Under the pieces are notes generated by a model. That model ran no database searches and was not told where the DNA came from. It saw nothing but the letters and a program-made list of their open reading frames with translations. DNA of 64,000 bases from Alphaproteobacteria bacterium (GTDB taxonomy: Bacteria; Pseudomonadota; Alphaproteobacteria; Bin95), in contig OZ224045.1 in assembly GCA_963665325.3 (NCBI GenBank), positions 896,001 to 960,000 on the forward strand, in the 5' to 3' direction. Within the stretch, counting starts at the first letter, position 1. Each line of letters begins with the position of its first letter. Positions 56,672 to 64,000 of the stretch are shown piece after piece. A program made the position numbers and the translations under genes.

Positions 56672-57772
56672 ATGGAGATCGGCTTTTTCAGCATGCCTTC
56701 GCACCCGCCTGAGCGCGACCTGCGCGAGGGCCACGAATGGGACCTCCAGCATATGCGCTGGGCGGACGAACTCGGCTTTACCGAAGGCTGGATCGGCGAG
56801 CATCACACCGCGCCCTGGGAGCCGCATCCCGCGCCCGATTTCCTGGTCATCGAAGGCCTCCGGCAGACGGAGAACATCCGGCTCGGCCCCGGCGGCTTCC
56901 TGCTGCCCTACCACCACCCTGCGGAACTCGCCAACCGGATCGCGATGATGGACCGGCTGAGCCAGGGGCGGCTCAATTTCGGCGTGGCCGCAAGCGGGCT
57001 GCCGAGCGACTGGCAGATGTTCAATGTCGATGGCATGTCCGGCGAGAACCGCGACATGACGCGCGAGGCGCTCGACATCATCCTGCGACTCTGGTCGGAC
57101 GAGCCCGAGTTCGACTACAAGGGCAAGTTCTGGCATGTGACCAAGGGCGCGGAGATGTTCGGCTTCCTGCGCCCGCACCTGTTTCCCCTCCAGAAGCCGC
57201 ACCCGCCCATCGGCGTGGCCGGCCTCTCCAAGAACTCCGACACGCTCAAGCTGGCGGGCGAGCGCGGCTTCCTGCCGATGAGCCTGAACCTGAACCCGGC
57301 CTATGTCGGCAGCCACTGGGATGCGGTCGAGGAAGGCGCGCGCAAGTCCGGGCGCACGCCCAGCCGCAGGGAGTGGCGCATGGTGCGCGAGGTCTTCGTC
57401 GCCGAGACGGACGAGGAAGCCTGGCGGCTCTCGGTCGGCGACATGATGGGCCGGATGATGGGGGACTATTTCCTGCCGCTGCTCGGCAATTTCGGCTTCC
57501 TGGAGTTCCTGAAGCACGACCAGGACGTGCCGGACAGCGACGTGACGCCGGAATATTGCGCGAAGCACAACTGGCTCGTCGGCTCGCCGGCGACCGTCGC
57601 CGAGAAGCTGGAGGCGGTCTATGACGATGTCGGCGGCTTCGGGCAGCTGCTGCTGTTCTGTTTCGACTATGCCGACAAGCCGGAAGCCTGGCACACCTCG
57701 ATGGGGCTGCTGATGAACGAGGTGCTGCCGAAGGTGAGCCACCTCACCCCCGAGGCCGCCGTGGCGGCGTAA
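56672..57772 (+). CDS. LLM-class flavin-dependent monooxygenase
   Basis: FFSMPSHP, WIGEHH, LPYHHPAELA, QKPHPPI. Confidence 0.9.
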   Translation: MEIGFFSMPSHPPERDLREGHEWDLQHMRWADELGFTEGWIGEHHTAPWEPHPAPDFLVIEGLRQTENIRLGPGGFLLPYHHPAELANRIAMMDRLSQGRLNFGVAASGLPSDWQMFNVDGMSGENRDMTREALDIILRLWSDEPEFDYKGKFWHVTKGAEMFGFLRPHLFPLQKPHPPIGVAGLSKNSDTLKLAGERGFLPMSLNLNPAYVGSHWDAVEEGARKSGRTPSRREWRMVREVFVAETDEEAWRLSVGDMMGRMMGDYFLPLLGNFGFLEFLKHDQDVPDSDVTPEYCAKHNWLVGSPATVAEKLEAVYDDVGGFGQLLLFCFDYADKPEAWHTSMGLLMNEVLPKVSHLTPEAAVAA

Positions 57773-57869
57773 ACGGCGGTCCTGCCGTCCGGGGCCGGAA
57801 GGGCGGGGCCCCGCCCCGGTTGTCCTGCGCCGCCGGGCGGTCGCCCGGCTCGGTGCGCCAATTTGTCTC

Positions 57870-57941
57870 GATAATGCGAACCATTCGCATATTGTGCGCT
57901 GTTGTGCTAGCCTCATGCATGCGAATGACTATTAGTCGCAT
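57870..57941. promoter_or_regulatory. Fur-type iron boxes
   Basis: GATAATGCGAACCATTCGC (14/19 to GATAATGATAATCATTATC; palindrome ATGCGAA-N-TTCGCAT) and a second ATGCGAATGACTATTAGTCGCAT. Confidence 0.7.
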
Positions 57942-57961
57942 CGTGACGGGGAGTGGAACCC

Positions 57962-58969
57962 ATGCGAAATCGGCTCCTGGGACTCGCAGCGGCCGCGGGA
58001 ATTGCCGTCACCCCGGCCATGTCGGCAGAGGCAGCGGAAGTGAATGTCTATTCCTACCGCCAGCCGTTTCTCGTCAAACCGCTCTTCAAGGCGTTCACCG
58101 ACAAGACCGGCATCGAGGTCAATGTCATTTTCGCCAAGAAGGGACTGATCGAGCGCCTGAAAAACGAAGGTGCGGCCAGCCCGGCGGACCTGGTCTTCAC
58201 CGTGGATATCGGCCGGCTGCACGATGCGATGAGGGCCGACGTCGTCGAGCCCGTCAGGACCGACACGCTGGCCGCCAACGTCCCCGCCTCGCTCCGGGAT
58301 CCGGACGGCCATTGGTACGGTCTGACGACCCGCGCGCGCGTCCTCTTCATATCCCGCGACCGCGTTCCGGAGGGCGGCATCGAGACCTATGAGCAGCTCG
58401 CCGAACCCGAATGGAAGGGGCGCATCTGCACGCGCAGCGGCAAGCATGTGTACAGCATCGCGCTGACCGCCTCGATGATCGCCCATCACGGCAAGGAAAA
58501 GGCCGAGGAATGGCTGACCGGCCTGAAGGCGAACCTCGCCCGCCGGCCGCAGGGCAATGACCGCGCCCAGGTGAAGGCGATCCACGCCGGCCAGTGTGAT
58601 GTCTCCATCGGCAACCACTATTATTTCCGGAAGATGCTCGACGACCCGAAGCAGAAGCCCTGGGCCGATTCCGTGCGCGTCGTCTTCCCGAACCAGGCCG
58701 GCCGCGGCACGCATGTCAACATCTCCGGCGCCTCGCTGGTGAAGGGCGCGCCCAACCGGGCTAATGCCATAGCCCTGCTGGAGTTCCTGTCCAGCAGGGA
58801 AGGCCAGGGCATCTATGCCCACGTGAACGGCGAATATCCGGTGAGCGCCGATGTTGCGGGGCCCGAGAAGCTAGCCGCCTTCAAGGCCGACGCCCTGTCG
58901 CTTTCGCGCGTGGCGGAGCTGCGCGAGGAAGCCGGCCGGATGGCGGACCGCGTCGATTACGACGGCTGA
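57962..58969 (+). CDS. Fe(3+) ABC transporter substrate-binding protein (FutA/FbpA-like)
   Basis: Signal peptide; VNVYSYRQ, SPADL, GNDRAQ, NHYY, HVNISG. Confidence 0.9.
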   Translation: MRNRLLGLAAAAGIAVTPAMSAEAAEVNVYSYRQPFLVKPLFKAFTDKTGIEVNVIFAKKGLIERLKNEGAASPADLVFTVDIGRLHDAMRADVVEPVRTDTLAANVPASLRDPDGHWYGLTTRARVLFISRDRVPEGGIETYEQLAEPEWKGRICTRSGKHVYSIALTASMIAHHGKEKAEEWLTGLKANLARRPQGNDRAQVKAIHAGQCDVSIGNHYYFRKMLDDPKQKPWADSVRVVFPNQAGRGTHVNISGASLVKGAPNRANAIALLEFLSSREGQGIYAHVNGEYPVSADVAGPEKLAAFKADALSLSRVAELREEAGRMADRVDYDG

Positions 58970-59239
58970 GCCGACCGGGAGACCGAGTTCAGGTAACGGC
59001 GGGAAGGACCTCCTCCGTCCCTCCTTGCCGCTGCATGGGCGGCGCAACCGCGCAGCGCCGCCCATGCACTCCTTTTCCGCCCGCAGTTTTCCGCTCTGGC
59101 GGCCCGGAATCGACCTGGTGTAACATTCGCGGCTGTATCGCAGCCCGCCGGGGGCGTCGGTCGGGGCTCCGGGGGGCCTTGCCGACGGGCTCCGGATACA
59201 GCCCCGCCAATGGAAATGCTCCGAACCGAGGCTCCGGCC

Positions 59240-60160
59240 TCAGCTGTCCAGCCGGTAAAACCGGGCGGCGGTGTCGTGGAAGAGCGCGCGCCGGTCCGGT
59301 TCGGTCAGGTCCCGGACCATGCGCTTGTAGGCGCTCATCATGTCGCCATAGCCGATCCTGAGTCCGTCCACGGGGAAGTTGCTGGCGAACATGCAGCGGT
59401 CCGCGCCGAACAGGCGGACGGTTTCGCCGACGAGCGGGCCGTTCTCCTCCTCGCGCCAGGGCCCGTCCGGCAGGCAGAGGCAGGAGAGCTTGACGGAGAC
59501 ATTGGGGCAGGCGGCGAGCGCCGCCATGCCGCGCCGCCAGAGGTCGAGCCCTTCCGGCGAGCGGTCCCACGGAAAGCCGGTGTGGTTCAGCACGATGGCA
59601 ACGCCGGGGAAGGCGCGGGCCACCTCCGCCGCCTCCTCCAGGTGCCAGGCCGGCACGCGCAGGTCCCAGGAAAGGCCGTAGCGCTCCAGGAGCGCGAAGC
59701 CGGCAAGCCAGTTCCCGTCCTGCATCGAGCCCGGCTGGCCGCGCACCGAGAGGCCGGGCCGCGCGGCCGTCACCGGTTTCGAGCGCACGCCCCGGAAGCG
59801 GCGGGAGGCTGCAACGTGGCGCTCCAGCACCTCGGCGCAGTCCTCCCGGTGGAACCAAGCATGGCCGACGATGGCGGCCGGCATGCCGTGCTCTTCGGCG
59901 ATGCGGTCCACCCAGATCGTCTCCTCGACCTGGAGGCTCCGGTCGCACTCCGCCTCGACATGGACGGTCGCGACGACATTGTGGTCGGCGGCGTCGCGGC
60001 GATAGTCGGCGGGCAGGTAGTTCCGCTTGAGCGGGGCGAGGTCGCCGAGGAAGAATTCGTGCGGCTCCGGGTCGGAAAGCCAGGGATAGCGAAGCGCCTC
60101 CAGGTCCCAAAGATGGTGGTGGGCATCGACAATCGGCAGGTCGGCATCGTCGGCGGACAT
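59240..60160 (-). CDS. Amidohydrolase family 2 protein
   Basis: DAHHHLWD, VHVEA, LNHTG, MFASNFPVD. Confidence 0.88.
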   Translation of the reverse strand: MSADDADLPIVDAHHHLWDLEALRYPWLSDPEPHEFFLGDLAPLKRNYLPADYRRDAADHNVVATVHVEAECDRSLQVEETIWVDRIAEEHGMPAAIVGHAWFHREDCAEVLERHVAASRRFRGVRSKPVTAARPGLSVRGQPGSMQDGNWLAGFALLERYGLSWDLRVPAWHLEEAAEVARAFPGVAIVLNHTGFPWDRSPEGLDLWRRGMAALAACPNVSVKLSCLCLPDGPWREEENGPLVGETVRLFGADRCMFASNFPVDGLRIGYGDMMSAYKRMVRDLTEPDRRALFHDTAARFYRLDS

Positions 60161-60231
60161 CGGGGTCTCCCGGCTGCGGGCGGCACTCATCCTGCCCCGG
60201 CCGCAAGCTGCGCGGAAGGCGGGAGGCGCAT

Positions 60232-61011
60232 GTGACGCTCGCCGCCGGAGACCCGCCGCCCTTCGCATCGAGGCCTGGCCGGGCGGAGTCGCCGGTCGTA
60301 TTCGTCTGCGACCATGCGAGCCATGCCCTTCCGGCCCGCCTGGGCGACCTCGGGATTTCCGAGGCCAAGCTGCGCGACCATATCGGCTGGGACCCGGGCG
60401 CAGCCGACGTCTTCGAATTGCTGGCGGCGCGCTTCGATGCCCCGGCGGTCCGGTCCGGCTATTCGCGCCTCGTCATCGACTGCAACCGCGACCCGGAAGA
60501 CCCGACCTCGATCCTGGAAGAGAGCGACGGCGTGGCGGTGCCCGGTAACCGGGGCCTCGATGCGGCCGCGCGCGCCTGGCGGCGGGATGTGCTGTTCGAG
60601 CCCTACCACGCCGCGATAGAGGACATGCTGGACGGCTGCCTTGCGCCCCGTGCGTTCGTCTCCGTCCACAGCTTCACGCCGCGGCTGGCGGGCGGCGAGC
60701 CGAGGCCCTGGCATGTGGGCACCTTCTGGAACGAAAGCGAAGGACTTGCCCGGCCCTTCATGGCGGTGCTGGCGGCGGAGGACGGCGTCCTCGTCGGCGA
60801 CAATCTTCCCTATTCCGGCCGGTCCCGGCGCGGCTACACGACCCGGCGCCATGCCGAGCCGCGCGGCATCCCGCATATCGGCCTGGAGATCCGCAACGAC
60901 CTCATCCGCGACGAGGCCGGCGCCGCCCTCTGGGCCCGGCGCATCGGCGACGCGCTGGAGGCGGCGCTCGGGCTAGGCCGCCATGCCGAGCGCAATGGCG
61001 GCGAGCACTAG
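60232..61011 (+). CDS. N-formylglutamate amidohydrolase family protein
   Basis: CDHAS, HIGWDPG, SRLVIDCNR, HSFTP, EIRNDLI. Confidence 0.9.
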   Translation: MTLAAGDPPPFASRPGRAESPVVFVCDHASHALPARLGDLGISEAKLRDHIGWDPGAADVFELLAARFDAPAVRSGYSRLVIDCNRDPEDPTSILEESDGVAVPGNRGLDAAARAWRRDVLFEPYHAAIEDMLDGCLAPRAFVSVHSFTPRLAGGEPRPWHVGTFWNESEGLARPFMAVLAAEDGVLVGDNLPYSGRSRRGYTTRRHAEPRGIPHIGLEIRNDLIRDEAGAALWARRIGDALEAALGLGRHAERNGGEH

Positions 61012-61917
61012 CAGGCCGGCCAGGCGGTTGGACTTGAAGATGGCGAGGCAGCGGTCCGGATCGTCGATGTCGAGGCTGCAGACCTGCCAGGCGAACTGCG
61101 CGGCCACGACGGCCATGGCCGCGAAGAATGGCCAGGCGAGCCCGGCCAGCCAGCCCGCAAGCGCCAGCAGGACGAGCGCGGCGGCGTAGAATCCGGAGAC
61201 CCAGAACGGGGTCCGTGCGCCGAACAACAGCGCCGTCGATTTGACGCCCGCCAGCGCGTCGTCCTCCTTGTCCTGATGGGCATAGACCGTGTCGTAGCCG
61301 AGCGTCCAGGCGATGCCGGCGGCATAGAGCGCGTAGGCCGGTCCCGAGACCTCGCCCGCGACCGCCGCCCAGCCGACCAGCGCGCCCCAGTTGAAGGTGA
61401 GTCCGAGCCAGGCCTGCGGCCAGTGGTTCAACCGCTTCATGAACGGATAGGCCAGCACCAGGGGGATCGAGCCCAGGCCCACCAGGATGGCGCCCGGCTC
61501 CAGCGCCAGCAGTACAGCAAGCCCAACGGTGCCTTGCAGGACGATGAACGCCCAGGCGCGGAAGACGGTCGTATGCCCCGCCGGCAGCGGGCGGATCGCG
61601 GTGCGCGAGACGCGGGCGTCATAGTCCCGGTCCACGATGTCGTTATAGGTGCAGCCCGCGCCCCGCATTGCCAGGGCGCCGACCGCGAACAGCGCGACAA
61701 GCATGAGCGTGTCGAGCGCGGAGAAGCCGGGCGCGGCCGCTGCCGCCAGCGCCGTGCCCCACCAGCAGGGCAGCAGCAGCAGCCAGGCCCCGATCGGCCG
61801 GTCCCAGCGCGCGAGGCGCGAATAGGGCACGAGCCGAAGCGGGATCGCCCGCTCCCAGGCGCCCCGGATACGGATATCGGTTGCGGCAAGGGGGTCGCGC
61901 ACGGTCATGCCCGACAT
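60973..61917 (-). CDS. ubiA: 4-hydroxybenzoate polyprenyltransferase
   Basis: RWDRPIG, NDIVDRDYD, YPFMKR, YDTVYAHQDKEDD. Confidence 0.95.
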   Translation of the reverse strand: MSGMTVRDPLAATDIRIRGAWERAIPLRLVPYSRLARWDRPIGAWLLLLPCWWGTALAAAAAPGFSALDTLMLVALFAVGALAMRGAGCTYNDIVDRDYDARVSRTAIRPLPAGHTTVFRAWAFIVLQGTVGLAVLLALEPGAILVGLGSIPLVLAYPFMKRLNHWPQAWLGLTFNWGALVGWAAVAGEVSGPAYALYAAGIAWTLGYDTVYAHQDKEDDALAGVKSTALLFGARTPFWVSGFYAAALVLLALAGWLAGLAWPFFAAMAVVAAQFAWQVCSLDIDDPDRCLAIFKSNRLAGLLVLAAIALGMAA

Positions 61918-61990
61918 TTTCGCCCCCTCCCACCGGGGAGGCAAGGGCGGTCGTGCGGCCGGGCCGCCGTCCGGGCTATGATCCGGCCCC

Positions 61991-63436
61991 ATGAGCGATT
62001 CTTTCGATGTTGTGGTCGTCGGGTCGGGCATTGCCGGCCTCTCGGCAGCTGTTTCTGCGCTCGAGGCGGGCGCACAGGTGGCGGTGCTGGAGCGCGCGGC
62101 GCGCGAGGAGCGGGGCGGCAACACCCGCTACACGGAAAGCTTCTGGCGGATGCGGGACCATGACACGGTCTCGGAGGATTTCGACGAGAGGCTGGCGGGC
62201 AATGCCGGTGGGCATTTCGACCCGGAATTCGTGAAGGACGCGGGACGTCCGTACGAGGACTGGCCGCGCCCGCTCCGGGCCTTCGGCTTCACCGACCCGG
62301 AACTGATCCGCGTCTGGGGCGACGATGCTGGCCCGGCGCTCCGCTGGCTGGAGGGGTTCGGCGTGCGCTGGGACTTCCTGCCCACATATTTCCCCTACCA
62401 GTCCACGACCCGGATCGCACCGGTGGGCGGCGGCCTGGCGCTGGTGGAGGCGCTGGCGGCGGAAGCCGAGCGGCTGTCCGCCTCTATCTTCTACGAGACC
62501 GCCGCGCGGGGCCTGGTCCGCGACGACGAGGGAGAGATCGTCGGCGTGGAGGCCGTGCAGCGGGGCCGGCCCTGCCGCTTCATGGGCCGGGTCGTTCTGG
62601 CCTCGGGCGGCTTCGAGGGCAATCCGGAAATGCTCGCGCGCTATCTGGGGCCGAAGGCGCAATGGACGCGGCCGGTCGCGAAGGGCGGCTACTACAATCG
62701 CGGCGAGGGCGTGGCGATGGGCCTCGCAGCCGGCGCTGCGCCGGCCGGCGAGTTCGGCGCCTTCCACGCGCAACCGGTCGATCCGCGCTCGGGCGCCATC
62801 GAGCCGGTGGTGCTGCATTACGGCTACGGCGTGCTGGTGAATCGCGAGGGCGAGCGCTTCACGGACGAGGCGGCCGGGCCGGTGGATGCGGGCTATGAAC
62901 GGGTGGCGCGCGCCGTGCTGGAGCAGCCGCAGGGCCTCGCCTGGGCGGTGTTCGATGCCGGGCTCGACGCGGCACCCCACTGGCGGGTGACGGTGCGCAG
63001 CGACCGCGAGCCGCTGGAAGCGCAGAGTGTGGAGGCGCTTGCGGAGGCCGCCGGCCTCGACCCGGCGGCGCTCTCGGCGACGCTCGCCGCCTACAACGCC
63101 GCCTGCGCAGAGGACATATCGGCCTTCCGGCCGGACGGGCCGGACAGCCTCGCCACGCGGGGCCTGGCGCCGCCGAAGAGCAACTGGGCGCGGCCGCTGC
63201 TGAGGCCGCCCTTCCGCGCCTGGCCGGTGATCTGCGCCAATTGCTTCACCTTCGGCGGCCTGCGCATCGACATCCACGGGCGCGTGATAGACCTCGACGG
63301 CGACCCGATCCCCGGCCTCTACGCCGCCGGCGAGACCGCAGGGCTCTTCTACGGCGACTATACGGGCGCCACCTCCGTCATGCGCGGCGCAGTATTCGGC
63401 CGCCGCGCCGGCCGCCATGCGGCAGGGGCGCAGTAG
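61991..63436 (+). CDS. FAD-dependent oxidoreductase, tricarballylate dehydrogenase (TcuA)-like
   Basis: VVGSGIAG, RGGNTRYT, SGGFEGNPEM, FTFGGL, GLYAAGE. Confidence 0.82.
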   Translation: MSDSFDVVVVGSGIAGLSAAVSALEAGAQVAVLERAAREERGGNTRYTESFWRMRDHDTVSEDFDERLAGNAGGHFDPEFVKDAGRPYEDWPRPLRAFGFTDPELIRVWGDDAGPALRWLEGFGVRWDFLPTYFPYQSTTRIAPVGGGLALVEALAAEAERLSASIFYETAARGLVRDDEGEIVGVEAVQRGRPCRFMGRVVLASGGFEGNPEMLARYLGPKAQWTRPVAKGGYYNRGEGVAMGLAAGAAPAGEFGAFHAQPVDPRSGAIEPVVLHYGYGVLVNREGERFTDEAAGPVDAGYERVARAVLEQPQGLAWAVFDAGLDAAPHWRVTVRSDREPLEAQSVEALAEAAGLDPAALSATLAAYNAACAEDISAFRPDGPDSLATRGLAPPKSNWARPLLRPPFRAWPVICANCFTFGGLRIDIHGRVIDLDGDPIPGLYAAGETAGLFYGDYTGATSVMRGAVFGRRAGRHAAGAQ

Positions 63437-63454
63437 CGGGTCACCATGAGGAGG

Positions 63455-63475
63455 GCCGCCTTCCCGGCGGCTTTT
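63455..63475 (+). terminator. Candidate intrinsic terminator
   Basis: GCCGCC-TTCCC-GGCGGC followed by TTTT. Confidence 0.5.
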
Positions 63476-63479
63476 GCTT

Positions 63480-63800
63480 TCAGGCAATATCTGGCGTTTT
63501 GCCGCGAAGCCGGTCCAGCCCGGCCTGCCAGTAGCGCCCCAGCCCCGCTTCGTAATGGGGATCGTCGATACCTGCGCGGTAGGCATGGTCCAGGAAATGC
63601 GACCAGGGGGTGGCAGCGGGAATTTCGCCGCCGTACCAGGCGAGCGCCATCAGGTCGATGCGCTCTTCGTAGGACAGATCGCCGATGAGCTTCACCAGGC
63701 GCCGAAATGCGGGCGTCTTGAGATAGGCGTCCCGGTGTTCCGGGGCCGGGATTACGGGACCGCCGGGGCGGTGGGGTACTTGGTCGACGACATGATCCAC
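63480..63800 (-). CDS. DUF3775-like small protein (start uncertain; frame open to window end)
   Basis: LSYEERIDLMALAWYG...YWQAGLDRL. Confidence 0.5.
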   Translation of the reverse strand: MDHVVDQVPHRPGGPVIPAPEHRDAYLKTPAFRRLVKLIGDLSYEERIDLMALAWYGGEIPAATPWSHFLDHAYRAGIDDPHYEAGLGRYWQAGLDRLRGKTPDIA

Positions 63801-63899
63801 GGTGTCGCTGAAAATCGAGTGGGCGGCGATCAGGTCGTGGACAGTTGTTTCCCGAATGACGAGACCGGTAGCGGCGCTTGCTATACGCCTGCCCGTTTC

Positions 63900-64000
63900 G
63901 GAATCGGAGATAAGCCAGACTTCCGGGTCCGCCCGGTTCCGGGCGGCGTCGCGCAGCGCAGCCGGCGGTCGGCTGTGACCAGCGGCGCTTCCTCGACCTC
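63900..64000 (-). pseudogene. C-terminus of a VapC/PIN-like protein, apparently frameshifted, 5'-partial
   Basis: Manual translation from the window end: EVEEAPLVTADRRL. Confidence 0.4.

Noticed and set aside
1-64000. CRISPR array, tRNA, rRNA
   Set aside because: No regularly spaced repeat-spacer array or recognisable structural RNA gene was seen by eye; a tRNAscan/cmscan run would be needed to exclude them fully.

Overview
High-GC alphaproteobacterial-type chromosomal window (taxon inferred from gene content) with two accessory regions. (1) A ~21.5-kb island (1195-22682) lies between a TPP-enzyme gene and a methyltransferase gene. It holds vsr plus a C5 DNA methyltransferase converging on an AT-richer MORC/GHKL-ATPase-histidine-kinase gene and a receiver protein whose C-terminal domain carries a HEPN-like RxxxxH motif. 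It also holds two apparently identical, inverted 3216-bp IS66-family elements (24-bp IRs, 8-bp TSDs) that lack tnpA/tnpB and carry a coupled DUF4338 (DruA/Mom-like) gene; one copy interrupts an IS1380. A trypsin-like protease, further HEPN-like genes and many relics (NYN, IS630, IS110, autotransporter, LuxR, tyrosine integrase) complete it. (2) Core genes follow: a glycosyltransferase/ABC/cNMP cluster split by an nsrR-nirV-nirK cassette, a peptide-type ABC importer and catabolic enzymes. (3) A second hotspot (48.7-55.5 kb) has three copies of the 5' end of a Bcr/CflA gene separating cargo modules (decayed TA pair, autotransporter + AraC, orphan higA). (4) The end carries an LLM monooxygenase, a Fur-boxed Fe3+-binding protein, amidohydrolases, ubiA and a TcuA-like flavoprotein. 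The best candidates for an undescribed system are the methylase-linked MORC-kinase/REC-HEPN module and the IS66-DUF4338 element. All calls come from motif reading by eye; no searches were run.
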